64,000 bases of DNA from Chthoniobacteraceae bacterium (GTDB taxonomy: Bacteria; Verrucomicrobiota; Verrucomicrobiia; Chthoniobacterales; Chthoniobacteraceae), in contig JANNWY010000012.1 in the NCBI GenBank assembly GCA_031409335.1, positions 1 to 64,000 on the forward strand, given 5' to 3'. Each line of letters starts with the position of its first letter. The stretch's first letter is position 1. A program made the translations under genes and the position numbers. Positions 20,231 to 29,936 of the stretch are shown here, piece after piece. Under the pieces are notes generated by a model, which worked only from the letters and a program-made list of their open reading frames with translations, was not told where the DNA came from and searched no databases.

Positions 20231-22366
20231 TCACGCGGTCTTGCGGGTGGGCGCGCGATCCGCGCTGGCTCCGTACACCTCGTCATTGCCGTAGCCGGGC
20301 GAGTGGTAGTGGTAGTAAAAACCGCCGCTGCGAGTCGGCAGCCCATTCAGGATGAAGCCGACGACGTTCCCGCCACTTTCGCGCACTTTTTCAAGGGCAC
20401 GCTTTACCGCACCAGCCGGAGTCCGCGAGGCATGGACGACGAGGCAGACAGCCTCGGCGTGGGGCGCGATGAGCAGCGTTTCGCTGACGGCGTGGACGGG
20501 CGCGGTGTCGATGACGACGCGGTCGAAACGCGTGAGCGCGGAGGCGATCAGCTTTGCCAAATCCGCGCGGCCGAGCAGTTCCGCAGGCAGGCTGACGCGC
20601 GAGCCGGCGGGGAGGACTGAGAGATTTTCGACGTCGGTGGAATAGGTCGCCGCGCTGAGGTCCGCGTGTCCGCCGAGGAGGTCGCCGAGGCCGGGTGTGC
20701 GCTCTTTTCCCAGGAACGCCGCGCCGACGCTCGGGAGGCGGAGGTCGGCGTCGATGAGCAGGGTCTTGTGGCCCTGAAGCGCGAGCGCGACGGCGTAATT
20801 GCAGGCGCAAAAGCTCTTGCCCTCGCCGGGCACTGCGCTGGTGAAAAGGACGCTGCGATAGCCGCCGGCGCGTCCGGTGAAAAGGAGCGCGGTGCGGAGG
20901 GTGCGGAAGGCTTCGGTGATGGCCGATTGCGGCTGATCGACGAGGACGCGCCGGACCCGATCGAGCGGTTGCTTGGAGCGGGTTGGGATTGCGCTCAGCG
21001 AGCGCAGCCCGAGCCCGGCCTCGGCTTGATCCACGGTTTTGAAAGTGTCATCCAGCAGATGCAGGCCAAGCGCGAGGGAAAGCCCGATGGCGAGCCCGGT
21101 GCAAAGGCTGACGAGGAGGATCGCGGCTTTGTTGGGCCGCGCGGGTCTGTCCGGCAATGCGGCCGGCGACGCCACGCTGAGCGAGTATCGGGAGACGCCT
21201 TGCGAGACATCGGTCGCCTTCATCCGGGCGAGGACGGAGTCGTACAGCACGCGGTCGGATTCCACTTCCCGCTGGAGTTCCTGATAGGGAATGGCGATCG
21301 CGCTGAGTTCGAGGGCGAGCGTTTGCTGGGTGCCGAGCGCGCGTTCGAGGCTTTGCTCAGTCGCGCCAGCGGCCTCGTGCGCGGTGTGCAATTGGATCGC
21401 GGCCTTCTGGATTGCCCGGACGAGTTCGATCTTCAATTCCGCGACGCTGCTCGCCGCCTGCATGTAGCGCGGATGCTCTTCCTTGTAGCGCTGGCGCAGC
21501 CCCGCCATCTCCGCTTCGCGCTCGCCGATCGTCTTTTTCAACTCCTGCACGGCGCCACTTTCCGCGATGCTGGTGAGCGCGAGCAGATTCTCGGGCGGCT
21601 CATTGGCCAGTTGATCGAGCTGCGCGATGTCCGCGGCAAGTTTCAGGCGCTGTGCCTTCGCCGTCGTCACCTTGGCGTTCAGTTCCTTCAGGCGTTCGCC
21701 AATGATGTTCTGCTTCTCCTCCAGCGATACCGCCTGGTGTTTCTCGCGATAGTCCTGCAAGGCGCGTTCGGATTTTGCGACGGCGGCTTTCAGGCGTTCG
21801 GCCTCGCCCTTCAAGAAAACGTTCGCGGATTGTGAAACCTTCGCCGCACTCTCCGAGCTGACGCTCATGAACGCCTCGACCGTCAGCCGCGCCAACTTTT
21901 GCGCCATCGCGGGAGAACGATCTCCGACCGTGATGTCGATGAGTTGCGTTCCGCCCCGGACTTTGCAGGAAATGCGACCCTTCAGCGCGCCGCGCAGGGC
22001 CGCCTCGCCAGCCGGACGCGGCACGTCGGCGAGAAAATCGGGATCATTCACCAATTCGGGATCCGCGAGCAGCGCGGCGATCAGCGGCGGGCTGACGAGC
22101 TTTTGCTCGATGGTTTTGAGCAGTTCCTCGCTCGTTTTTTCCTCGTTGCGGCCATCCGGTTTGATCCGCTTTTGTTGCTCGCTATCGACTTCGATGGTCG
22201 TCGTGGATTCATAAATCCGCGGGGCTTTCGAGAGGTATGCAAAACCCGCGCCGATGCATAAAGCGGTGATCGCGAGGATCATCCATAGCCTTTCCATGAC
22301 GAGCCGGAAAAACATCCGGGCGTCGGCGGGCAGCACTGTGGATTTCTGGATAGTGGAGTCGGGCAT
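20231..22366 (-). CDS. Wzc/GumC-type polysaccharide co-polymerase with tyrosine autokinase
   Basis: Two TMs flanking a coiled coil, EAFRTLRT, GEGKS, IDADLR, VIDTAP, Tyr-rich tail. Confidence 0.92.
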   Translation of the reverse strand: MPDSTIQKSTVLPADARMFFRLVMERLWMILAITALCIGAGFAYLSKAPRIYESTTTIEVDSEQQKRIKPDGRNEEKTSEELLKTIEQKLVSPPLIAALLADPELVNDPDFLADVPRPAGEAALRGALKGRISCKVRGGTQLIDITVGDRSPAMAQKLARLTVEAFMSVSSESAAKVSQSANVFLKGEAERLKAAVAKSERALQDYREKHQAVSLEEKQNIIGERLKELNAKVTTAKAQRLKLAADIAQLDQLANEPPENLLALTSIAESGAVQELKKTIGEREAEMAGLRQRYKEEHPRYMQAASSVAELKIELVRAIQKAAIQLHTAHEAAGATEQSLERALGTQQTLALELSAIAIPYQELQREVESDRVLYDSVLARMKATDVSQGVSRYSLSVASPAALPDRPARPNKAAILLVSLCTGLAIGLSLALGLHLLDDTFKTVDQAEAGLGLRSLSAIPTRSKQPLDRVRRVLVDQPQSAITEAFRTLRTALLFTGRAGGYRSVLFTSAVPGEGKSFCACNYAVALALQGHKTLLIDADLRLPSVGAAFLGKERTPGLGDLLGGHADLSAATYSTDVENLSVLPAGSRVSLPAELLGRADLAKLIASALTRFDRVVIDTAPVHAVSETLLIAPHAEAVCLVVHASRTPAGAVKRALEKVRESGGNVVGFILNGLPTRSGGFYYHYHSPGYGNDEVYGASADRAPTRKTA

Positions 22367-22375
22367 CAGGATTTT

Positions 22376-22990
22376 CTAAAAGAGTCGTTCGCCGATGGTG
22401 ATGATGTCGCCGCCTTCGATCAGGAACGGCGCGATCGCGGCGTCGGATGCCATGCGCTTGCCGTCGAGCTTGAACACTTGATTTCCGGGGTGCCGTTTCA
22501 CGGTGATCCGCGCGGGATTTGCGAGGCGGGTGTAACCGCCGGCGACGCCGACGACCTGCACCAGACTCAGCGAGCCGCGATCGGGAAAGCGATACGTCCC
22601 GGGCCGCTGCACCTGCCCGAGCACGGTGAAAAGCCGACGGTTCATCTCGACCAACGAGATGCTGACCTGCGGATTCACGAGGAAGCGCAAGGCGAGCCGG
22701 TCGCGAATGAGCGCGCTCGCCTTTTGCACCGTGAGCCCGCCAAGGCTCACCTCGCCGATCAGCGGGAAGGCGATCTTCCCATCCTCGGCGATCCGCACCG
22801 AGGTATCGAGTTCAGGTTCATTGAAGACCCGGATTTGGATCGATTCGTTTGCGGCGAGGATGTGATTTGGCGAGGTCGCCGATTTTTCACCCGGCACAGC
22901 GCGCGCGGATGGCGGCTCCTCGCCGTGCGCGAGGGCGGCTCCTGCGAGCAGGGCCACGGACAAAAAAACCATAAATTTACCGAGAGCCAT
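22376..22990 (-). CDS. Polysaccharide export protein (Wza/Poly_export + SLBB)
   Basis: Signal peptide, DGKIAFPLIGEV, VLGQVQRPG.Y, AGG.TRLA, GDII.I.ER.F. Confidence 0.9.
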   Translation of the reverse strand: MALGKFMVFLSVALLAGAALAHGEEPPSARAVPGEKSATSPNHILAANESIQIRVFNEPELDTSVRIAEDGKIAFPLIGEVSLGGLTVQKASALIRDRLALRFLVNPQVSISLVEMNRRLFTVLGQVQRPGTYRFPDRGSLSLVQVVGVAGGYTRLANPARITVKRHPGNQVFKLDGKRMASDAAIAPFLIEGGDIITIGERLF

Positions 22991-23023
22991 GATTGTAGAT
23001 AGGTTGAATATCGAAAAAGCATC

Positions 23024-24382
23024 TTAGTAATAGAGATTCACCTGAAAAACAATCTGATTATTATCGAAACTGGAAGATTCTCGATTTGAGTCGTTGCTCC
23101 TGAATTCATACGTCAGTCCCGCATTCGCTCTTTCGGCGACATTCCAGAGAATCCCCGGACGCACGAAATAGTAGTCGTCCTGCCGGTCCTCCTCGCCCGC
23201 CAGGCCGGAGTAGTCCGACTGCTGATACCCACCGTGGAGGTGAACATGGACACCGGCTCTGATCGCGCGTTGGAAACTCGCCGTCACTCCGATCCGATCA
23301 TAGCTTTCCTCCGGGCGAAATTCCGAAGTCTCGACCGAACGAAATGCCTCCACCGAGACGCGCGTTCCGGCGGAGGGTTCGTAGGTGGCGGCGATATTGA
23401 AAATCGGATTCACGCGATCTCCGGAGAGCCCGTCCGACTGGCGAAATTCCACCCCGCCGCGCATCTCGACGTTGATCTTCTCGCCGATCTTGGTTGCGGC
23501 GCGCGCCAGCACTCGCTGGTAGAATTCGTCTGCTCCGCCATCCACCGCGATTCCCCCCACGGCACCGCCGACGCCGATCCGAACCCGCGGCGTCAACTCA
23601 TAGGACGCGAAACTCTCCGCATTCCAACCCACGGACTTTACGAAATCCTCGGGATCATTCGCGCGGACATATGCGCTCGTGTCGATCGACGTTTTTTCTG
23701 AAACGCGGTAGCTCGCTTCGATCTCGGCGGAGGCCCGTTTCCGGCGGATGCGCGCGCCGATGTCCGTGCTGGTTTCCGATTTCGACTCGTAACGCAGATT
23801 GGCTCCCAGCGTCCATTTATCGGCTCGCAGGCGTCCGGCGATGCGCCCGTCCTGATCGAATGCGTTTTGCGAATCCGTCTGGGCGAAACCGAGCAGGATC
23901 GCCGTGTAGTCCACCACAAAATAGCTGCCCCGCCCCGCCTCGAACGGAGTCGCGGGTTCCTGCCGGTCGAGAAAGCGATCCGAGTGCCGGTATTCGGAAT
24001 CCCAAATCCCGATGGTGATCCCGGGAGCCATCGTGAAGATGAAATCCTCCACCCGGTTTTCCCGTTGAATGAAAATGTTGTCGTCGTAAGCCGCGCGCAT
24101 TTCCAAATGGGGGGCGACCCGCCACCGTCCCGAAGGAACTTCCTGATTGGAAACTTCCGGCCCGAGCGCGCGATTCAGTTCCTCGACCGCATCCCGTTGC
24201 TCGGATTGCGAGGCTGGCGCGACGAAAAGCGCATCGCCAATATCGGTAAAATCCGTCAGCACGACGGTCGGTTCTTCCGCTCGTTCCACGTTTTCCGCGA
24301 ATGTGGAAAACCCGGGCAGAAGCAGGGCCGCGCTCGCGAGAGCGAAACGTCGTGCCAAAATTGTTCGAAGAGGTCGCAGCAT
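23024..24382 (-). CDS. Outer-membrane beta-barrel protein associated with polysaccharide export
   Basis: Signal peptide, YDDNIF motif, alternating beta-strand pattern, aromatic C-terminus; first gene of the locus. Confidence 0.75.
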   Translation of the reverse strand: MLRPLRTILARRFALASAALLLPGFSTFAENVERAEEPTVVLTDFTDIGDALFVAPASQSEQRDAVEELNRALGPEVSNQEVPSGRWRVAPHLEMRAAYDDNIFIQRENRVEDFIFTMAPGITIGIWDSEYRHSDRFLDRQEPATPFEAGRGSYFVVDYTAILLGFAQTDSQNAFDQDGRIAGRLRADKWTLGANLRYESKSETSTDIGARIRRKRASAEIEASYRVSEKTSIDTSAYVRANDPEDFVKSVGWNAESFASYELTPRVRIGVGGAVGGIAVDGGADEFYQRVLARAATKIGEKINVEMRGGVEFRQSDGLSGDRVNPIFNIAATYEPSAGTRVSVEAFRSVETSEFRPEESYDRIGVTASFQRAIRAGVHVHLHGGYQQSDYSGLAGEEDRQDDYYFVRPGILWNVAERANAGLTYEFRSNDSNRESSSFDNNQIVFQVNLYY

Positions 24383-24493
24383 CTCGCAGAATTCTTTGCG
24401 GTGCGGACAGGAAGGCACGGCGGGCGGAGTATGGTCGGCCCGATTGCCATGTCAATGCGGAGGACGAGTCGGCTCGCGGTGTGGCCGTGAAAC

Positions 24494-25090
24494 TCACCCC
24501 GGGAGGATCCGCATCGCCACGAGGCGTGCAAATGCCGCGAGCGTATTGGCATCGCGCACCTCGCCCGAGGCAATCATTTCGCGCAGTGCTTCGTGGCTGA
24601 ACGCGCGGCATTCCGTGATGGCCTCGTGGGCATCCAGATCCTGGCCGTGCGCGTGGGGAATGACGGGGCGCGCCAGGTAAATGTGACAGTGTTCATCGGT
24701 AAATCCGCTGCTCGGGAAATAGTGGCCGAGGCTTTGGAGATCACCGCCGGGGGCGAGTTCGTAGCCGGTTTCCTCGCGGAGTTCGCGCAGGCAGGTGGCG
24801 CGGATGGCGTCGGGCTCCGCCAAATCATCGATCTGGCCGGCGGGAAACTCCCAGATCGTCGCGCGGATGGGCACGCGCTCCTGGCGGATCAAAAGCAGCG
24901 CACCATCCGCGGTCACCGGCACGATGACGACCGCGCTTTTGCGATGGCAAACCGTCCACACGAACGGCTCCGAACGCGTCGGCGATGTGACCGTGGGGCG
25001 ATGGATTTCGAGGTGCGGATTGGCGAACAGGATTTCGTCGCCAAGCGTTTTCCAGCCCGGTTCCGCTTTGATGAAATGATGAAAACTCAT
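24494..25090 (-). CDS. NUDIX hydrolase (ADP-ribose pyrophosphatase-like)
   Basis: EFPAGQID...RELREETG Nudix box, SSGFTDE. Confidence 0.9.
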   Translation of the reverse strand: MSFHHFIKAEPGWKTLGDEILFANPHLEIHRPTVTSPTRSEPFVWTVCHRKSAVVIVPVTADGALLLIRQERVPIRATIWEFPAGQIDDLAEPDAIRATCLRELREETGYELAPGGDLQSLGHYFPSSGFTDEHCHIYLARPVIPHAHGQDLDAHEAITECRAFSHEALREMIASGEVRDANTLAAFARLVAMRILPG

Positions 25091-25551
25091 TCGCCGCGTT
25101 CGAGCGCCAGCAAATTTTCCTTTCGCGAAAGGCCCGCGCTGTATCCGCCAAGCGTCCCATCCGCGGCGATCACGCGATGGCAAGGAATGAGGATGCACAC
25201 CGGATTCGCGCCGTTCGCACCCCCGACTGCGCGGCTCGCTTTCGGATTTCCGACGCGGCGGGCGAGTTCGATGTAAGAGATCGTTTCGCCGTAGGGGATG
25301 CGCGCCAGTTCCCGCCAAACCCGGAGGCGAAACGGCGTTCCCGACAGATCGAGCGCCACGCTGAACTTGCGCAATTTCCCGTCAAAGTAGCGATCAAGTT
25401 CGGCGCGCAGTTTTTTCAAATGCGGGTTCGCGCTCGCGCGGGCGGTGGATCGATCAACGAACGTCAGTTCGGAAATTCCGCGCGCCGTCGCCGTGGCGCG
25501 AATCTGGCCAAGAGAACTTGGAAATTCAGCAATGTCAGCGTCAGTTTTCAT
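25087..25551 (-). CDS. ogt: Methylated-DNA-[protein]-cysteine S-methyltransferase
   Basis: IPYGETISY, RAVGGANGANP, PCHRV active site. Confidence 0.95.
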   Translation of the reverse strand: MKTDADIAEFPSSLGQIRATATARGISELTFVDRSTARASANPHLKKLRAELDRYFDGKLRKFSVALDLSGTPFRLRVWRELARIPYGETISYIELARRVGNPKASRAVGGANGANPVCILIPCHRVIAADGTLGGYSAGLSRKENLLALERGE

Positions 25552-25668
25552 GCGGAAAACCTACCGCGAAGATCGCGCTTCCCGCGAGTCACAAATCGCG
25601 CGGCGACGCAATCAACGCGAAAACTTTTCGCTGGCCAGCCGCCGCACCCCGTTTGAAAGTCCCCGCCC

Positions 25669-26253
25669 ATGCCCGCAGAAGCACACATCTCAACCACCTG
25701 GAAGCGACAGAAACTTCTTGTCGGCATTTTCGTCATTGCCTTCGGGTGCTGGTTCCTTTTCGACGGCTTCATAACCTGGCCGAAAAGCAACGTGCGCTGG
25801 GACGCTTACGAAAAGCACAAGGTCGAGGAACGGCTCACGGAGTGGCCGGACTACGCGGCAGCCCAGGGTTGGGTCGAGGAACCGCCGCACAAACGGTATG
25901 AACGCAAGGATATGATCGGGCAGTTCGTCTGCGGGTCCGTCCTCTGCGTGCTCGGTGGCATCGTGCTCATCTATTGGTTCACGCAGATTCGTCGGACGGT
26001 TCGCACCGATGGGGAAGCCGTTTACACCGCCGCCGGGACGCGCGTGCCGTTTTCCGCGATTACTGGTATCGGGCTGAAGCAATGGGATTCCAAAGGGATC
26101 GCGCGGATCCGGTACGAGATCGACGGGCGGCGCGGCGAGTTCGTGGTGGATGACTACAAGTTCGACACGGAGCCGTCGCGGACGATCCTCAGCGAGATCA
26201 AGGAAAAGCTCGTCGCGAAAACGGGTGACACCGACGCGGTAAAACCGGCGTAG
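25669..26253 (+). CDS. Hypothetical membrane protein (2 TM + PH-like C-terminal domain)
   Basis: Coding-like ORF with two hydrophobic segments. Confidence 0.7.
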   Translation: MPAEAHISTTWKRQKLLVGIFVIAFGCWFLFDGFITWPKSNVRWDAYEKHKVEERLTEWPDYAAAQGWVEEPPHKRYERKDMIGQFVCGSVLCVLGGIVLIYWFTQIRRTVRTDGEAVYTAAGTRVPFSAITGIGLKQWDSKGIARIRYEIDGRRGEFVVDDYKFDTEPSRTILSEIKEKLVAKTGDTDAVKPA

Positions 26254-27501
26254 TTACTTCCGCAGGAAGACGAACAGGCCGCGTTTGTTTCCCACCAGCA
26301 CGTCCGGCTTTTTGTCGCCGTTCATGTCGCCAGCCATGACTTGCGTGCCGACTCCCGAGGCATCGTCGATTTGGTGCGCGACGTAGCTCGCAGTCCTGCC
26401 TTCGCGCTTCAGTTCAAACCAGTAAAGCACCGGCGTTCCATTCGGATCGGGATCACCCGCGGGGCCGTGCGCCCAAAACCGTTTGCCGGTCACGATGTCC
26501 TTCAAGCCATCGCCGTTCATGTCCACGAGATCGAGCGCGTGGAGCTGGGAAAATGCGACGCCCTGTGGATTCTGATCGGGCTTCTCGCCGATGATCTGAT
26601 GCTTCGTCCAGCCGACGGCCCCGCCCTCATTTGTCTGCTCGAACCACGCGAGTCCGTAACCATGCGCGGCGAGGCTCGTGATGACATCGTTTTTCCCGTC
26701 GCCATTCACGTCGTAGGCGAACATCTGCGCGCCACCGCCGCCAAAAAGCGCGTCGTGTTTTTTCCACACCGGATCGCCCGCGAGCGAGGCGGGCTGCTCC
26801 CACCAGCCGTCCTTTTCCAGGATGTCCATCTTCCCGTCCCCGTTCACGTCGCCCACGCCGATGCCGTGGGTGAAGCGCTGCCACGCGCCCTTCGGCGAGA
26901 TGTTGTGCCACTTGAATTTTTCACCCGGATTCTTCGGATCGAATTCCGCGTAGCCAAAATAGCCGCCCGAGTTGCAGACGATCTCCGGCCTGCCGTCGCC
27001 GGTGATGTCCGCGAAAGTCGGCGATTCGTTGTCAGTCACATCCAGCGCGACGTGCTGAGTCCACGCGCCGCCCTTTTCCTTCGGGTTTTCGTACCACCAG
27101 CTTTGTTCGCCGGGAAATCCGAGAATCAAAATGTCCGTCCAGCCGTCCGCGTTGAAATCGTGGGTGTAAGCCAGAAAGTTTTTCGAGTAATCGTTCTCAT
27201 TGCTCAACGCTCCCTTGAAGCCAGGAATCTTCTCCTCGGTCCCATCCGGCTTCTTGATTGTCGAAGTCTTTGAGTCATCGGAATAGGTGTGCGACTCCGT
27301 GAACGCAGGCCCTTCCCACCAATGCGGTCCGTAAACGACGTCCATTTTCCCGTCCTTGTTGAAATCGCCAAACACCGCGCCCTCCGCCCAAAAATGTTTC
27401 GAGATGTGCTGTCGGCTAAATTCGCCGGATGGAACCGGCGATGGCTCGGCGTGAATGGTCGCGACTGACGCGAGGAGGATGAATGGGTGAAGGTTTTTCA
27501 T
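26254..27501 (-). CDS. Secreted FG-GAP/VCBS repeat protein
   Basis: Signal peptide and seven D(F/V/M/I)xxDGxxD-type repeats. Confidence 0.9.
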   Translation of the reverse strand: MKNLHPFILLASVATIHAEPSPVPSGEFSRQHISKHFWAEGAVFGDFNKDGKMDVVYGPHWWEGPAFTESHTYSDDSKTSTIKKPDGTEEKIPGFKGALSNENDYSKNFLAYTHDFNADGWTDILILGFPGEQSWWYENPKEKGGAWTQHVALDVTDNESPTFADITGDGRPEIVCNSGGYFGYAEFDPKNPGEKFKWHNISPKGAWQRFTHGIGVGDVNGDGKMDILEKDGWWEQPASLAGDPVWKKHDALFGGGGAQMFAYDVNGDGKNDVITSLAAHGYGLAWFEQTNEGGAVGWTKHQIIGEKPDQNPQGVAFSQLHALDLVDMNGDGLKDIVTGKRFWAHGPAGDPDPNGTPVLYWFELKREGRTASYVAHQIDDASGVGTQVMAGDMNGDKKPDVLVGNKRGLFVFLRK

Positions 27502-27586
27502 GGGTTGAACCAGTTAATTGCGGATGGGTCCGGTTGTTAGGCGGGTCGGCCTTCAAAGTCCACGCTGGACTGGCAGGACAACCCAG

Positions 27587-27838
27587 CTATCGCGCGCGTT
27601 GCTTGAGTTGCTTCGCGGGATCCCATCCGGCAGGCGCGGGCTGCCCGACGCTGGCCCATGCCATCCCGCGTTTCACCCAATCCTTCCGCCACGCGGCAGG
27701 CGAGCGCCCGTCATCGTCTTCCGTGACGCCTGGCTGGAAGCCGCAGCTCGGACAAATCTCGTAGGACCCACCGCCCGACTTGGTGCGCGGAGCTTCTTTC
27801 AAATGCGGCCAGTGGCAGGCAGGGCAGACGTGTTTCAT
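27587..27838 (-). CDS. Small CPCC-type Cys-rich protein, putative immunity protein
   Basis: MKHVCPACH...SYEICPSCGFQ...W...W..G..W; 7 bp downstream of the toxin-like gene. Confidence 0.75.
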   Translation of the reverse strand: MKHVCPACHWPHLKEAPRTKSGGGSYEICPSCGFQPGVTEDDDGRSPAAWRKDWVKRGMAWASVGQPAPAGWDPAKQLKQRAR

Positions 27839-27845
27839 GGCGAAA

Positions 27846-28577
27846 TCAAGGCTTCGGAACGGCGATGGCTCGACCTGGCTGGCGCGAGAAGTAATCGCGA
27901 CTGTTTGGTTTGAAGTAAGTCTTGGTCGTGCCATCCGAATTGTATGCCGCGAAGGCTCCCGACTTTGGATCGAACACCCGCCGCGTCCCGTCATCGTCCA
28001 CTTTCACGAGCAGCCCGCCTTGCTTCGATCGCTCCCCTAACTGCCACGCCATCCGCGCGTATTCATCCGCATCCTTCGCGCGAAAATCCGCGCCGTGCCG
28101 CGCGAAATGATCGGCCAGCGACGCCATGTTTCCCCAGGTTTCGCGCGTGGGTGGCGTGGCTTGCGGCGCGAAGATTTTCGCCAGCACCGACTTCGACCGG
28201 GGCGCGACGGGCGGGCTGGTGGCCGGTGAAGACGACGGCGCGGAAGCAGCGGTCGCCGCTGAGGCCGACGCGACGAATTCTCCCGTCGCCAGTTTCTTGC
28301 GAGCGGTGCCGACGGCGAAAAAATAGCGGGCTCCGGGCTTCAATCCCGTGAGCGTCACTTCATGGGCCGCCGTCACTCCACCTTCGGCGCGTTCGGTGAG
28401 TTGATCGGGCGCGAGGCCATAGCTCACGCGCGTCCCGGTTTCGACATCGGTCTTCCATGAAACGACCGCCGACTTCTCCGACACCACCGTGATTTTCGGC
28501 ACACCCACCAACTCCGCGGCGAACGCGGGAATGGTCAGGATGAAGCTCGCGAGAAGGATCAGGAGGCGATGGGACAT
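27846..28577 (-). CDS. Signal peptide + FN3/purple-acid-phosphatase-N-like domain + colicin D-like (BECR fold) RNase toxin domain
   Basis: MSHRLLILLASFILTIPAFA; SAVVSWKT..HEVTLTGLKPGARY; Ser/Ala/Pro linker; LADHFARHGADF..EY..RVFDPKS..DGTTKTYFKP..YF. Confidence 0.72.
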   Translation of the reverse strand: MSHRLLILLASFILTIPAFAAELVGVPKITVVSEKSAVVSWKTDVETGTRVSYGLAPDQLTERAEGGVTAAHEVTLTGLKPGARYFFAVGTARKKLATGEFVASASAATAASAPSSSPATSPPVAPRSKSVLAKIFAPQATPPTRETWGNMASLADHFARHGADFRAKDADEYARMAWQLGERSKQGGLLVKVDDDGTRRVFDPKSGAFAAYNSDGTTKTYFKPNSRDYFSRQPGRAIAVPKP

Positions 28578-28585
28578 GCAGTTTG

Positions 28586-29836
28586 TTAGGGCGTGGGGCG
28601 GACGGTGACGAGGACGCTGTCGAGTTCCGGATAGGTGTCGTAGGCTTGGAAAAAGAGCGATTTGAAAACCGTGTTGCCGAACAGATGCGTGGCGATGCTC
28701 AGGTTCATGACGGCGGGTCCGAGTTGCGGTTCATCCCGCAGCGTGAAGGGCTGCCAAAGCCCGGCGGTGCGATTCCAGATGGCGGGGGTGACGGTGACGC
28801 TGTCGCCGCCAGCCCAGTGGACGATCATGCAGAATTTCTCGACGACTTGCGGATTCGGAAACGTGGCGAACGGCGGCTCCACAAATAAATTTGGATCGTT
28901 GGGAAGCTGCCAGCCTGGGTCGCAATACAACACGCCCCACGTGCCAGGCCGGACATTTAGCGCGACGCGCGCCGGCTCGGGATAGGTGAGCACGGGGACG
29001 TCGGTGAAGTTCAAATACATGTAGAACTTGCTCTCCTCCGGCCCTGCGGCGGCGACGCTTTTGAATCCCCAATAGACGACGATATCGCCGTCGCGCACGT
29101 CTGGCGGGTCATCGAAAAAATAGGTGATCTGTGCCCAGTTTTCGCCGGGAGGCGAAGAGATGAATCCGTTTTGCGCCACCATGCGATCTGACTGAAAACG
29201 CGACCCGTGTGTGAAGCTCTCGGCAAAGATAGGCTGATCCGCCGGGTCGAGCGAAAACTCGCCAGTCACTTCGGCGAGCGTGTCCGAATCCGTGCCGCGC
29301 CGCCACTCCGCCCAATCCGCGACGCCATCTGCATCCGCGTCATTTTCCTCCACCTCGAGTCGGAAAAAATGATCCGCCAGCACCGGCAATCGCGGGATCG
29401 CAATGGTGGAAAGTTGATGATCGAGCGGGCTCAAAAACGTCGAACCTTCCACCGGCGTCCAGCCAGACGCGCCCGGCGTTGACGACGAGAGTATGCGATA
29501 TTTTTTCGTCCTCTCAGCGACAAAACTGAACACGATGGATTCGCCGACCATCTCCACCTGCGACACTTTCACGCCGTCGTTCGGATCCTTGGGATTGGTG
29601 CCCGCGATGGATTCCGCGACATTGGAAATCCCGTCGCCATCCTCGTCCGCAAGCGGCGCAAGGCCCCAGCCGTCGAAGAAATTCTGCCACACATCATTCA
29701 GCCCATCCGGGATGCCATCGCCTGGAGCGTTCGTGCCGGTGTCGGTGATCGCATGAATGTCCCCCAATCCAACGCCCAGCAGGACGGCCGATAACGCCCA
29801 TCGCCGCGCAGTCATCGGAAAGGGAAAATGCGGCAT
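28586..29836 (-). CDS. Secreted protein with Ca-binding DxDGDG (TSP3-like) motifs and an unknown C-terminal domain
   Basis: Signal peptide, DEDGDGISNVAESIAGTNP.DP, FFRL, DADADGVADWAE. Confidence 0.7.
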   Translation of the reverse strand: MPHFPFPMTARRWALSAVLLGVGLGDIHAITDTGTNAPGDGIPDGLNDVWQNFFDGWGLAPLADEDGDGISNVAESIAGTNPKDPNDGVKVSQVEMVGESIVFSFVAERTKKYRILSSSTPGASGWTPVEGSTFLSPLDHQLSTIAIPRLPVLADHFFRLEVEENDADADGVADWAEWRRGTDSDTLAEVTGEFSLDPADQPIFAESFTHGSRFQSDRMVAQNGFISSPPGENWAQITYFFDDPPDVRDGDIVVYWGFKSVAAAGPEESKFYMYLNFTDVPVLTYPEPARVALNVRPGTWGVLYCDPGWQLPNDPNLFVEPPFATFPNPQVVEKFCMIVHWAGGDSVTVTPAIWNRTAGLWQPFTLRDEPQLGPAVMNLSIATHLFGNTVFKSLFFQAYDTYPELDSVLVTVRPTP

Positions 29837-29936
29837 CGCCGGGAAAGTATTGGAGGTCAGTTCCGCGGCAAGGTGAAACCCGAACGACAGTATTTCCCGG
29901 ATTGCATTGGCGCCGCGATTCGTTCAGGAAGTGCGC

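Noticed and set aside
27540..27585. tRNA-Sec-like anticodon arm (GGCCTTCAAAGTC)
   Set aside because: No T-arm or acceptor stem; probably a simple intergenic hairpin
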